A DNA stretch of 64,000 bases from NCBI GenBank assembly GCA_040390065.1, contig JAZJZE010000009.1, positions 378,930-442,929 of the forward strand. The letters are read 5' to 3'. Of the stretch, positions 1-9,249 are shown piece by piece. Under the pieces are notes generated by a model. That model saw only the letters and a list, made by a program, of their open reading frames with translations, had not been told where the DNA came from and searched no databases. The translations under genes were made by a program, and so were the position numbers. Position 1 is the stretch's first letter; each line of letters begins with the position of its first letter. The DNA is from a bacterium. GTDB taxonomy: Archaea; Thermoplasmatota; E2; JACPAO01; JAHFTW01.

Positions 1-611
1 ACCTTCAGCAAGGCGTCGCCGCCCCAATGCACGACGTCGTCCGCGCGGGCATCGACGAATGGTGCCGGATGCCAGTGCGGGCCCCAGTAGTCGATGGCGA
101 CGAAGAGCGCAAGCAGCGCCAGCACGCCCGCGACACCGGCGGGGCTCCACTTGTCGCGCCGCATGTCTTGCGTCAGGATCAGTGACTGCAACGGCATGCC
201 CATGTGCGTGACGAACAGCAACGTGTTGGCGCCGCCGGCATACGTGCCCATGGTCGACGAGTACGACAAGAAGAGCGCGGTCGTCCACAAGCCGACGTAG
301 ATGTTGAGCGTGAAGGCGGCGGCGTCCAGGGCCTTGCTGCGCCACCCGGCGAAGCGGTACAGAAGCAGGGCTGCGAAGATGACCAGGACCGCATTCGGCG
401 AGTCGGCCACGAGGGGCCACGCCCAGAACGGCGTGCAGTACTGCTCGGCACCGGCGCCGCACAGCGGATGCGCCAAGTCGAACTGGCCGACGTCCGCGTA
501 GTAGTACCAGCCGCCCACGATGCCGGCGACGTCCGCCAAGGCGATGAGCAGCAGGAGCCGGCCGTCGAGCTTGAAGCGGTTGGCCCACGCGAAGAAGGAT
601 TCGAGGCCCAT
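1..611 (-). CDS. DUF1405-like membrane protein (3' end runs off window)
   Basis: ATG at 611; manual translation MGLESFFAWANRFKLDGRLLLLIALADVAGIVGGWYYY...WPLVADSPNAV; hydrophobic, motif resembles DUF1405 W-x-x-V-x-DSP-x-A; absent from ORF track because no stop in window. Confidence 0.65.
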   Translation of the reverse strand, partial: MGLESFFAWANRFKLDGRLLLLIALADVAGIVGGWYYYADVGQFDLAHPLCGAGAEQYCTPFWAWPLVADSPNAVLVIFAALLLYRFAGWRSKALDAAAFTLNIYVGLWTTALFLSYSSTMGTYAGGANTLLFVTHMGMPLQSLILTQDMRRDKWSPAGVAGVLALLALFVAIDYWGPHWHPAPFVDARADDVVHWGGDALLK

Positions 612-651
612 GGTCGGGCCACGACGGCGCCGAGGAAAACCGTTGGGGCAA

Positions 652-966
652 TCAGACGCTGTACGGATGGCTGCCCGTGCATTCGACCTTGGTCAGGTCG
701 CACGTGTCGTACCAGCCAGAAGGCGGCAGGCACGGCGCCATGGGGCAGAGCGGGACTTCCTGGCAGACCGCCTGCGAGGGATCGCCTGCGAAGACGCACT
801 CCTGGTGCGTCGTGGTCCCGTCCGAGCATGTGGCGCTCGGGGCGACACAGTAGCCGACGCAAGTGTCGGTGGACAGGCAGTCGGATGCCGATGCAACGGG
901 TGCGACGGCGGCGGCGAGACTCGCGGCGGCGAGGGCCAGGGGCAAGAGGTGGCGTGTGAGGCGCAT
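652..966 (-). CDS. Small secreted cysteine-rich protein (104 aa, 10 Cys)
   Basis: MRLTRHLLPLALAAASLAAAVAPVASA signal peptide followed by a Cys-rich mature region. Confidence 0.65.
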   Translation of the reverse strand: MRLTRHLLPLALAAASLAAAVAPVASASDCLSTDTCVGYCVAPSATCSDGTTTHQECVFAGDPSQAVCQEVPLCPMAPCLPPSGWYDTCDLTKVECTGSHPYSV

Positions 967-1139
967 GGATGCACTGACTCCGCGGCATGATCGGCCTGGA
1001 CGCCTAAGCCCTTGTGGGCCGATTCCTACGCGCCGCCACCCGTGGGCCGCCCCGCGTCGCCGTGCGAAACCGTTTAGACCCCGTGCGCCCGCTAGCCGCC
1101 GTGGACGGACCCTCCCCGGAACGCACTGCGCTGACGCCG

Positions 1140-1406
1140 ATGCTGGAGGAGCTTCGCCTGAGCCGCAACCGGCTCTGGTTGGCCTTTGCCGCCATGGTGG
1201 CCGTCTGCGTGGCCTCCTTCGTCGTCGCCAGCGCCGTCTTCCACTGCGAGTACCACTTGCCGTGCACGACGGCGCAGGACGCCTGGGATGGTGGCCTGTC
1301 ACTGGTCGCTCTGATCACGTTGGCACTTGCACCCATCCTCCTGGTCTTTGCCGTTCGCGCCCAGGCGCGTTTCCAGAAGATCTTCAACGAGCAGGCGGCG
1401 CGCTGA
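1140..1406 (+). CDS. Small two-TM membrane protein
   Basis: MLEELRLSRNRLWLAFAAMVAV... two hydrophobic segments, typical codon usage. Confidence 0.55.
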   Translation: MLEELRLSRNRLWLAFAAMVAVCVASFVVASAVFHCEYHLPCTTAQDAWDGGLSLVALITLALAPILLVFAVRAQARFQKIFNEQAAR

Positions 1407-1435
1407 GCCAACCGACAGCAGACGCCGGGGCAAAG

Positions 1436-1519
1436 TGCGGGGGCCCGGATTTGAACCGAGGAATCACGAAGAGCCCGATCTTAAGTCGGGTGCCGTTGGC
1501 CGAGCTTGGCTACCCCCGC
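1436..1519 (-). tRNA. tRNA-Leu(TAA)
   Basis: GCGGGGGTAGCCAAGCTCGGCCAACGGCA-CCCGA CT TAA GA TCGGG-long variable arm-GGTTCAAATCC-CCCCCGCA; no encoded CCA. Confidence 0.93.
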
Positions 1520-1677
1520 AGGACGCCTATGCAAAGGCCGGTAAGCGGGGGGAAGGCACACGTGGCCATGGGGTTCGGCCATCCAAAAGGGTTGCCATCG
1601 CGTTTCGGCCCGTTCGCAGGGTTTATCCGAGAGGCCTAAGTCGGCCGCGCCTGGGCCCCTTCGGGGTTCCGCATCAT

Positions 1678-1750
1678 GCCGCCTTAGCTTAGCTGGTGGA
1701 GCATCAGACTGTTAATCTGAGGGTCGTTGGTTCGAATCCGACAGGCGGCG
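1678..1750 (+). tRNA. tRNA-Asn(GTT)
   Basis: GCCGCCTTAGCTTAGCTGGTGGAGCA-TCAGA CT GTT AA TCTGA-GGTTCGAATCC-AGGCGGCG; no encoded CCA. Confidence 0.95.
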
Positions 1751-1767
1751 TCGACACGGATGGGGGC

Positions 1768-2079
1768 TTACGCCTCGACCGCGAAGTGTTCGAGCACGGG
1801 GAAGACCGGCCGGATGGATCCGAGCTGATCGCGTTCGGCCAGGAAGTCTGCGAGGAACTGGGCTGCAGCGCGCAGTCCGGCCCCGTCGTCGTCCCATGAG
1901 GCAAGCGCGGCGGCGAGCACGGCCTCGGGCCCGCTTCTCGCATGCGCTCCGAGACGAGCCGCCGTGTCCTCGGCGTGGGCGAGGAAGCGGGGGCTTGCCC
2001 GCAGCGCCATGCCGCCGCGGCCGCGGCCGTATTCGAGCACGCCGGCGTGGGCGAGGCCAGAGAGAAGGTGGGAGCGCAT
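1768..2079 (-). CDS. Hypothetical protein, possible winged-helix-like fold
   Basis: 103 aa ORF filling the gap between tRNA-Asn and mfnA; protein-like composition. Confidence 0.55.
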   Translation of the reverse strand: MRSHLLSGLAHAGVLEYGRGRGGMALRASPRFLAHAEDTAARLGAHARSGPEAVLAAALASWDDDGAGLRAAAQFLADFLAERDQLGSIRPVFPVLEHFAVEA

Positions 2080-2203
2080 GCTTGCATCAAACCCTGGGCA
2101 ACCTTAAGGAGCGTCGGCCAGAGGTTGGTGAAAGGACTCTCTGGCCTGCTCCTGATTCGCCCCCGCCGCCCCCCTTTTATCGCCCCCGGCTCTCGACGGT
2201 CCC

Positions 2204-3343
2204 GTGCAGGCCGAGGGCTGGAGCAAGTCGAAGGTCATGCGCGAGCTCAGACGCGCACGAAAAGAGGACGCGACCTTCGCCGACGGCAGCATCATGGGCT
2301 CGATGTGCACGGCGCCCCACGAGGTCGCTGGCGCCGCCCACGCCTTGTATTCCGAGGTCAACCTGGGCGACCCCGCGCACTTCCCCGGCTCGGCCCGGCT
2401 GGAACGCGAAGCCCTCGCGGACATGCTGCAGCTCTTCAACGCGCCGCGTGGGGCAGAAGCCCGCTTCACGTCAGGCGGAACCGAGGCCAACATCCTAGCC
2501 TGCTGGATTGCCCGCGAGAAGACCAAGCGGCGCCAAGTCATCGTGCCGGCATCGGCGCACTTCAGCTTCGAGAAAGCGGCCCGCCTCCTCGAGATGCAAC
2601 TCGTCACCGTCCCGACGGATGCCGCCGGCCACGCCGACCCCGCCGCCATGGCGAAGGCCGTCGGCCCCGACACGGCCCTCATGCTGGTCATCGCGGGCAC
2701 GACGGAACTCGGCCTCGTCGACCCGGTCGAGGAGATTGCCAAATGGTGCGCCCGCAACGAGGTCCTGCTGCATGTCGATGCGGCCTACGGTGGCTACCTC
2801 CTGCCCTTCATGGAGGAGGCCGGCCGCAAACCCGCGCGCTTCGACCTGGGACTCGCGGGCGTCTGGAGCCTCGCGGTCGACCCGCACAAGGGCGCCATGG
2901 CCACGATTCCGGCTGGCGTCCTGATGCTGCGCGACGGCCGCGACTGGGCGCGGACGGCCGTCAAGTCGCCGTACGTCTCCACGGACACCCAGTCGACGCT
3001 CTCTGGCACGCGCCCCGGCTCCGCGGCGGCGGCGACCTGGGCCGTCCACCGCCACCTGGGCCGCGCGGGCTTGGCCGGCCTTGCCGAAACCTGCCTGGAC
3101 AACGCCGCATACCTGGCTGCGCGGCTACCCGAACTCGGCTGCGAGTTGGTGGCCTCCCCCGAATTGGCCGTCGTCACCTTCCGCGCTGCTGACCCCGCGG
3201 GTCTCGCCGCCGAACTTGCAACCCGGGGCTTCCGCCTCAACGTGATTCCCCGCTTCTCCGCGCTGCGCATCGTCGTGCAGCCCCACGTGACGCGCAAGAC
3301 CATCGACGCGTTCCTGGTCGAGTTGGAGGCGTGCCTGCCGTGA
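2204..3343 (+). CDS. mfnA: L-tyrosine/L-aspartate decarboxylase (PLP group II)
   Basis: IMGSMCTAPH, NLGDP, TSGGTEAN, HVDAAYGG, VDPHK PLP lysine, GTRPG; TTTTAT box about 25 nt upstream. Confidence 0.9.
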   Translation: MQAEGWSKSKVMRELRRARKEDATFADGSIMGSMCTAPHEVAGAAHALYSEVNLGDPAHFPGSARLEREALADMLQLFNAPRGAEARFTSGGTEANILACWIAREKTKRRQVIVPASAHFSFEKAARLLEMQLVTVPTDAAGHADPAAMAKAVGPDTALMLVIAGTTELGLVDPVEEIAKWCARNEVLLHVDAAYGGYLLPFMEEAGRKPARFDLGLAGVWSLAVDPHKGAMATIPAGVLMLRDGRDWARTAVKSPYVSTDTQSTLSGTRPGSAAAATWAVHRHLGRAGLAGLAETCLDNAAYLAARLPELGCELVASPELAVVTFRAADPAGLAAELATRGFRLNVIPRFSALRIVVQPHVTRKTIDAFLVELEACLP

Positions 3344-3996
3344 AGGCCCGCCGCCCGGCGCGCACGAAATCCAAGCCCCAGGCCAAGGCCAAGCCACGTT
3401 CCAAGCCGGCCTCGCCTGCAAAGCGGACGGCCCGCCCGTCGGACGTCGTCGACCGCAGCCTCCTCGAGGCCGAAGTCATGAAGCGCAAGGGCTACCCCTA
3501 CGTCATCCACCCGCTGATGGACGGCGTGCCGCGCGTCCAGCCGGAACTCCTGCGGACATGGGTGACATGGGCCGCCCAGCAACGCGACATCCTGGCCGGC
3601 GCGACCCTCCTTCTTGCCCCCGAAGCGATGGGATTGCCGTTGGCTGCCGGCCTCTCCCTCGAGACCGGCATCCCGTACGCCGTCATCCGCAAGCGGCGCT
3701 ACGACCTTCCAGGCGAGGAAGTCGCCTTCGCGGAGACGGGCTACGGCGAAGCCGCCCTGCACATCAACGACGCCTGGCCCGACGACCGCGTCGTCATCGT
3801 CGACGACGTGGTCAGCACCGGCGGAACCCTCCGCGGCATCCTCACGACGCTCGAAGCCATGGGCATCAAGGCGCTGGGCGTCCTCGTCTTCGTGGACAAA
3901 ACAGGCAAGGCGGCCTCCGTCGCCAAGCAGCACGCGCTCCCGGTCCGGGCGATGCGGGCCATCCGCGTCGACGGCGACAAAGTGGCCCTGCGCTAA
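3340..3996 (+). CDS. hpt: Archaeal hypoxanthine/adenine phosphoribosyltransferase with basic N-terminal extension
   Basis: YPYVIHPLMDGVP, PEAMG, VVIVDDVVSTGGT PRPP motif; GTGA overlap with mfnA stop. Confidence 0.85.
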   Translation: MKARRPARTKSKPQAKAKPRSKPASPAKRTARPSDVVDRSLLEAEVMKRKGYPYVIHPLMDGVPRVQPELLRTWVTWAAQQRDILAGATLLLAPEAMGLPLAAGLSLETGIPYAVIRKRRYDLPGEEVAFAETGYGEAALHINDAWPDDRVVIVDDVVSTGGTLRGILTTLEAMGIKALGVLVFVDKTGKAASVAKQHALPVRAMRAIRVDGDKVALR

Positions 3997-4373
3997 CGCG
4001 TCGACTGCACGAGGCCGAGCGTGTTGCCCTCGGGGTCTCGGAAGTACGCCGTGAAGCCAACGCCAGGCACGGACTCCTTGCCGCGCACGACCTTTCCGCC
4101 ATTCGCTTCCACCTCGCGCAGTGACTTGCCGATGTCGGCGACCTGGATGGTCACAATCGGCGCTTGCACGAAGGCCTGCCGCTGCATCATCCCGCCGTTG
4201 ATGTTCCCCGGCGTGCCGACCATGCCCTGCGCGTCAGTCGGCGTCGTGTGAAAGAGGGTGTAGGCCATGCCGGGCACGGAGTTGACCTTCCAGCCGAAGG
4301 CCTTGCTGTAGAAGCGCTGGGCGCGCTCGACGTTGTCGGCGGGCAACTCGAAGTGGACGACTGGGTCAGCCAT
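3993..4373 (-). CDS. VOC/glyoxalase family protein
   Basis: VVHFELPADNVERAQRFY...INGG...AYFRDPEGN. Confidence 0.9.
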   Translation of the reverse strand: MADPVVHFELPADNVERAQRFYSKAFGWKVNSVPGMAYTLFHTTPTDAQGMVGTPGNINGGMMQRQAFVQAPIVTIQVADIGKSLREVEANGGKVVRGKESVPGVGFTAYFRDPEGNTLGLVQSTR

Positions 4374-4478
4374 AGGACACCATGGCGGTCAAGGGCTTGG
4401 GGTTCGTAAACGCGCGGGCCGGTACGGCCGTCGCCGCGATGCGCACGTAGAAAAACCGGCCAACACGACACACAAGCG

Positions 4479-4853
4479 ATGCTTCGCACATTCGCACCCA
4501 CCTTGGCCCTCGTGGCCCTTGCCGGCTGCGTTTTCGGGGGCGGTGACTCCGGCGGCGCCGCAGACGTCTCCTACGACGGCACTGACAACGGCACGCACTC
4601 GGAAACCGCGCGCTGCAACTCGGACGGCACGCTCACCGGCTCAGGCAAGATCGACAACGGCCAGGTGCGCATCACCGTGACCGACGGCAGCGGCAACCAG
4701 ATGTTCAGCAACACCTACTCGTCCTCCTTCGACGCCGGCGCCGAGTCGATGCACGGCGCCTCCGGCGGCTGGACCGTGCAAGCGGTGCGCAGCGGCTCCG
4801 GCCTCGTCGGAACCCCCTTCAGCGGAAACTACCACTTCCACCTCGCCTGCTAG
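4479..4853 (+). CDS. Lipoprotein, unknown function
   Basis: Signal peptide with LAGC lipobox. Confidence 0.7.
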   Translation: MLRTFAPTLALVALAGCVFGGGDSGGAADVSYDGTDNGTHSETARCNSDGTLTGSGKIDNGQVRITVTDGSGNQMFSNTYSSSFDAGAESMHGASGGWTVQAVRSGSGLVGTPFSGNYHFHLAC

Positions 4854-4921
4854 ACCCCCTCACCGCGGACACGACCTCCAAATAGTTCTCCGGGTTCCGT
4901 AGGACGCGGATAGGTGACCCG

Positions 4922-5389
4922 TTGAGCCCCAAGACGAGCAAAGGCAGCGCCGCCTTCGCGGCCGAGATGGCGGCGATCAAGGCCGAGAAGCGGGCCGCCT
5001 GGGACCTCGGCCGCCTCGAACGCGTCCGCCGCATCTGCATGGAGTACCCCGGCGTCGTCGAGGTCGAACAATTCGGCGAACCCTGGTGGAAGGTCGGCAA
5101 GAAGCCCTTCGCCTCGTACGGCGCGGAGAACGTGCGCGACGGCATGGCCTTCAACGTCACCCTCATGGACCAGAGCCAACTCCTCGAGGATCCGCGCTTC
5201 GAGCGCACGCACTACATCGGCCAACACGGCTGGACGACCATGGTCTTCGGCAAGAAGGTCGACTGGGCCGAAGTCGAAGAACTGGTCGACATCGCGTACC
5301 GCAAGGTGGCGCCCAAGCGGCTGACAGCGACCTTGGATCTCCGGCCACCCGAGGAACGCGCCACTGTGGACACCGTTGCGCGCCGCTGA
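4922..5389 (+). CDS. MmcQ/YjbR family DNA-binding protein
   Basis: FGEPWWKVGKKPFA...HYIGQHGW...DWAEVEELVDIAYRKVAPKR. Confidence 0.8.
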   Translation: MSPKTSKGSAAFAAEMAAIKAEKRAAWDLGRLERVRRICMEYPGVVEVEQFGEPWWKVGKKPFASYGAENVRDGMAFNVTLMDQSQLLEDPRFERTHYIGQHGWTTMVFGKKVDWAEVEELVDIAYRKVAPKRLTATLDLRPPEERATVDTVARR

Positions 5390-5401
5390 CGGTCGGCCGC
5401 G

Positions 5402-6820
5402 TCACCAGGCGTTGCCGCGAACGACGGACTCGTCCATCTCAGCAACGTGGAACGCGCCGAGAAGGTCCGTGTAGTACACGTATTTCCCCCTCGGGATGGC
5501 ATCGTACACGACCGGGTCCGTCGTGTAGCCCAGGTAGGGGATTGCCGTCCGGCCGTGCGGTTGCACGAAGCCCAACATGACAGGCTGCTGTGCCTTCGCC
5601 AAGGTCGACACATCGAGAACGATGAGGCCGGCGTGCATGTGCGGCACGAAGAGTGTGCCATTGCGGATCTCGGTGCGGTCCGTGGAGAACATGTACGTGC
5701 CCCCCTCCGCCGGGTGTAATCCCGGAAGCTGCCACGTCCCGATGAGCTTGGGCGCCACGAAATCGGTTGCATCGACGATCCACAGGATGCCCTGCCGCGG
5801 ATAGCTCGTCGGATATTCGGGGGCAACCACGGCGATGCGGTGGCCTTCGATGGCCGTGAACTCCACGTTGTGCACGTTGCCCGGCATGACGACGGTGAAG
5901 GCGTCCCATTTGCCGAGGAACTTGGGGTTGGCTGGGTCGGAGACATCGACGAAGTGCGCGCCTCCCCGCCAATGGGCGACGGCCATGAGGGGCTTGCCGC
6001 TGAGCGGGTCCGGGTCGACGGTGACGTCGTGGATGTTGTAGGAGGAGAAGCCGTCCTGGCGATTGAGGGCGGCCTGCATGCCTTCCGGACTCTGGTACGT
6101 CGCGACAGGCGTCACGTGCGGCGCGGGCGTCGCGTCGAACCGCACGATGTCAATCTGCGCAAGCGCATTGTTCGTGCCAAAAATGTACGTTGCACCCCCG
6201 ATGACCTCGATATCGAGACGATGCCAACCGTTTCCACCTGGCACACCCTGCACCGTGGAGCCAGGCGAGCGCCAGAACGTCGCCAGCGTCGGGTGGGACA
6301 AGTCCGCCAAGTCGACGACCTGGAGGCCGCCGTCGCCGATGTACGGCAAGCCGCCGCCGGCCGCGTCGTTCTCCGCCGTGACGAGAGGCATCGTCGGCAC
6401 GAAGGCCCAGCGACCGTCGGCACTGACCTCCACGTCATTCGTGTCCGCCGTGCCCGCATCGAAACGGCCGACCTCGCGAGGCAGCGCCGCATCGGCGATG
6501 TCCAAGATGACGAAGCCCGCCGACGGGTGGAACAACGACACGAATGCATAGTGGCTCCAGATCGTGAACTCCGACGGCGGCGACGTCGACCCCGAGCCGT
6601 TCATGGGGAGCGTGGACTCGAAGACGTCATGCATGTGCCACGACGCGCCAGGATGCGCGGCCGGGTCCGAGTGGTCGTGGTCGTTGACGAGGTTGGCCTC
6701 GAGGAACGCCAGGCCGGCGGCTTCGTCGTCGGCAGGGGGGGACGGCGGGGCTGGTGTCGTGCAGCCGGCAAGGACACAGAGCAGGAGCAGGATGGCGGCG
6801 ACGACGTGTTGGATGCCCAC
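5402..6820 (-). CDS. LVIVD-repeat beta-propeller lipoprotein
   Basis: LAGC lipobox; repeated FVILDIAD/LQVVDLAD/FVDVSDP/LIVLDVS motifs. Confidence 0.75.
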   Translation of the reverse strand: MGIQHVVAAILLLLCVLAGCTTPAPPSPPADDEAAGLAFLEANLVNDHDHSDPAAHPGASWHMHDVFESTLPMNGSGSTSPPSEFTIWSHYAFVSLFHPSAGFVILDIADAALPREVGRFDAGTADTNDVEVSADGRWAFVPTMPLVTAENDAAGGGLPYIGDGGLQVVDLADLSHPTLATFWRSPGSTVQGVPGGNGWHRLDIEVIGGATYIFGTNNALAQIDIVRFDATPAPHVTPVATYQSPEGMQAALNRQDGFSSYNIHDVTVDPDPLSGKPLMAVAHWRGGAHFVDVSDPANPKFLGKWDAFTVVMPGNVHNVEFTAIEGHRIAVVAPEYPTSYPRQGILWIVDATDFVAPKLIGTWQLPGLHPAEGGTYMFSTDRTEIRNGTLFVPHMHAGLIVLDVSTLAKAQQPVMLGFVQPHGRTAIPYLGYTTDPVVYDAIPRGKYVYYTDLLGAFHVAEMDESVVRGNAW

Positions 6821-6863
6821 GGCCGCCGGAGGCGAGGCGGGTGTCTTGAAGGAATCGCGCGCC

Positions 6864-7739
6864 CTAATTCCCCTTGAAGTTCGCGACCCTCTTCTCGACG
6901 TACGCGGCGATGCCTTCCTTGGCATCCTTGGATCCAAAGAGTTCAGCCTGCAATTCGCGCTCCAAGGCCAAGCCGTACTCCAACGGAATCTCGGCACCGG
7001 ACTGCACGGCGCGCTTGATGCGGCCGGCCGCCATGGCCGCCTTGTTCGGGGTACTGAACTGGCCCGCGTAGTCGAGGATTGCCTGGCGGAAATCCGCAGC
7101 ACTTCCCGGGTAGATGTCCGTCACGATGCCGAGGTTCTTCGCATCCTCGAAACTGATGTTGTTGCCCGTCACCATGAGCTCGATGGCCTTGGGCTTGCCA
7201 ACGAGGCGAGCCAGGCGCTGCGTGCCCCCGGTACCGGCCAGCACACCCAAGTTGATCTCCGGCAGCCCGACCTTGCCCGCATCCTTGCGCGCGATTCGCA
7301 AATCCGCCGCCATGGCAATCTCCAAACCACCGCCGACTGCGTGGCCATTCAAGGCCGCGATGACCAACTTCGGCGTCTGCTCGAGGCGGCTCAACGTCTC
7401 GTTCGCATGCAAACAGAAGAAATACTTGTAGCCAGGAGTGACCTTGTTCAACATCTGGATGCTGGCCCCCGCCGAGAAGAACTTCTCGCCGTGCCCAATG
7501 AGGACGATGACGTGCACATTGTCATCGAAGCGCGCCTTCAGCACAGCCTCGTCGATGTCCCGCATCATCTCATGCGTGTACGTGTTCGGCCCCGACGCGC
7601 CCTCCTTGAGCGGCGCACCAGCCGAGTCGCTTGCCAACTCGATGACCGCGATGCCATTCGGCGTCACGCCATAGTTCACCAAACGGTTCGCCATCGGCGA
7701 GAGCTTCAAGGCAGTCTGGGCGGGCGCATTCTGGGCCAT
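6864..7739 (-). CDS. Enoyl-CoA hydratase/crotonase family protein, BoxC-like subgroup
   Basis: FSAGA, ALNGHAVGGGLEIA, GLPEINLGVLAGTGGTQRL; KYFFCLHANET resembles BoxC as I recall it. Confidence 0.85.
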   Translation of the reverse strand: MAQNAPAQTALKLSPMANRLVNYGVTPNGIAVIELASDSAGAPLKEGASGPNTYTHEMMRDIDEAVLKARFDDNVHVIVLIGHGEKFFSAGASIQMLNKVTPGYKYFFCLHANETLSRLEQTPKLVIAALNGHAVGGGLEIAMAADLRIARKDAGKVGLPEINLGVLAGTGGTQRLARLVGKPKAIELMVTGNNISFEDAKNLGIVTDIYPGSAADFRQAILDYAGQFSTPNKAAMAAGRIKRAVQSGAEIPLEYGLALERELQAELFGSKDAKEGIAAYVEKRVANFKGN

Positions 7740-7839
7740 ACCACGCCCAGGAACGCCCCGTTCTTCAAGCCTTGGCCATGAGCCCCACTCCCACGAACAA
7801 GCCGGCGCACCCTTTATACGCCAAGGCAAGTCGGCCACA

Positions 7840-8169
7840 ATGACCGGCAACGGCTGGCACGCAGCCCTCCCCCTGACGGACGTGCCCAACGGCCGACCGC
7901 ACGAAGCCACCATCGCCGGCGTCAGCGTCCTCATCATCCGCCAAGGCAACGACGTCTACGCGACCACCCTCCACTGCCCCCACAAATTCGGCAACCTCGC
8001 CGAAGGCACCCTCGCCGGCCGTCTGCTGACCTGCCCCCAACACACGGCCACCTTCGACCTCGCCACCGGCCGACCCCGCCCGGGCGAAGAATGGGCCGGC
8101 AACCTCACCACATACGCATGCCGCGTCCGCGAAGGCCTCGTCGAAGTCCAACTCCCAGCCCTCGCCTGA
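7840..8169 (+). CDS. Rieske 2Fe-2S ferredoxin
   Basis: CPH...CPQH...FDLATG; CCTTTATA box about 25 nt upstream. Confidence 0.9.
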   Translation: MTGNGWHAALPLTDVPNGRPHEATIAGVSVLIIRQGNDVYATTLHCPHKFGNLAEGTLAGRLLTCPQHTATFDLATGRPRPGEEWAGNLTTYACRVREGLVEVQLPALA

Positions 8170-8175
8170 ACCAGC

Positions 8176-8958
8176 CTAAATCGAATTCAGACGCCCGCCA
8201 TCCACCGGCATCACGATACCACGTACGAACGACGCAGCCGGCGAACAAAGGAACGCTACCGCGGCACCAATCTCCTCCGGGCGCCCCAACCGACCCTCGG
8301 GCTGCGCATCGATCCAACCCTGCCGCACCTGCGCCACCGACTTCCCCGTCCGCTTCGACGTCGCGTCACTCAGCTCGCTCAAACGCTCCGTGTCGGTGTA
8401 CCCCGGCAGAATGCAATTCACCGTGATCCCCGGCGGCAACTCCTTACTGAGCGTCTTCGACCAAGACGCCATGCTCGCCCGCATCGCATTGCCAATGCCA
8501 AGACCGACAATCGGCTCCCGCACCGACGTCGACAAAATGCTCACGATACGACCATACCCCGCCGCCTTCATCCCCGGCACACAAATCTGCGCCAACAGAT
8601 GACTCGCCAACTGGATACGCCCATACGCCTTCAACAAATCCGCCTCCGACACCTCCAACAACGGCAACGACGGCGGCCCCCCCTGATTGTTCACGAGGAT
8701 GTGCACCGGATGCTGCCGCACATGCGCCTCCACCTTGACACGCAACCCCACCCGGTCCTCCAAATCACAGGGCAAGACATGCACATGGCTGGCCCCAGCA
8801 GCCAACACCTCCTTCGCCGCATCGCGCAACTCGCCCTCGCGCCGCGCCAGCAACGTCACAATCGCACCGAGACGCCCCAGCTCGACCGCCGCGGCACGCC
8901 CAAGCCCCGCCGACGCCCCGCAAACAAGCGCATGCCGACCCTTCAAAGAAAGATCCAC
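8176..8958 (-). CDS. SDR family oxidoreductase, possibly a late step of the aminomuconate/oxalocrotonate pathway
   Basis: GTG start; ALVCGASAGLG, LVNNQGGPP, TVNCILPGYTDT, VDGG. Confidence 0.85.
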   Translation of the reverse strand: MDLSLKGRHALVCGASAGLGRAAAVELGRLGAIVTLLARREGELRDAAKEVLAAGASHVHVLPCDLEDRVGLRVKVEAHVRQHPVHILVNNQGGPPSLPLLEVSEADLLKAYGRIQLASHLLAQICVPGMKAAGYGRIVSILSTSVREPIVGLGIGNAMRASMASWSKTLSKELPPGITVNCILPGYTDTERLSELSDATSKRTGKSVAQVRQGWIDAQPEGRLGRPEEIGAAVAFLCSPAASFVRGIVMPVDGGRLNSI

Positions 8959-8980
8959 GCCGCCCCCACGCCGCGGCCAC

Positions 8981-9163
8981 CTAAGACGCTTGGCCCGACC
9001 AAGGACCCGGCAAACCCACCCACCCCCCACGCTCCTCCCAGAACAAGAACGCCTCCTCGACCACCTCATGCAACGCCTGACGCGGATGCAAACGATGGCG
9101 CGCGATGAGATCACGAAGATAGGCGGGAATTTCGATGGTGGTGGAATCCGTGGTGCGGACCAT
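8981..9163 (-). CDS. Small ribbon-helix-helix/CopG-like DNA-binding protein
   Basis: STTIEIPAYLRDLIARHR...ALHEVVEEA beta-helix-helix pattern, 60 aa. Confidence 0.5.
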   Translation of the reverse strand: MVRTTDSTTIEIPAYLRDLIARHRLHPRQALHEVVEEAFLFWEERGGWVGLPGPWSGQAS

Positions 9164-9173
9164 GGCATAGGCA

Positions 9174-9201
9174 CCGCGCGGTTCCTATAGGAGCCTCGCG
9201 G
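9174..9201. promoter_or_regulatory. 28-bp imperfect palindrome centred on TCCTATAGGA, candidate operator over the promoter of the RHH-like gene
   Basis: ccgcgcggt TCCTATAGGA gcctcgcgg, TATA about 25 nt upstream of ATG 9163. Confidence 0.45.
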
Positions 9202-9249
9202 CGGGGGAACCGAAATCGCACAGCGGTTGGTGGCGCGGCCAGGCGCCGG

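Noticed and set aside
1436-1750. tRNA genes as integration sites for an island
   Set aside because: No integrase and no duplicated tRNA 3' end seen in the window
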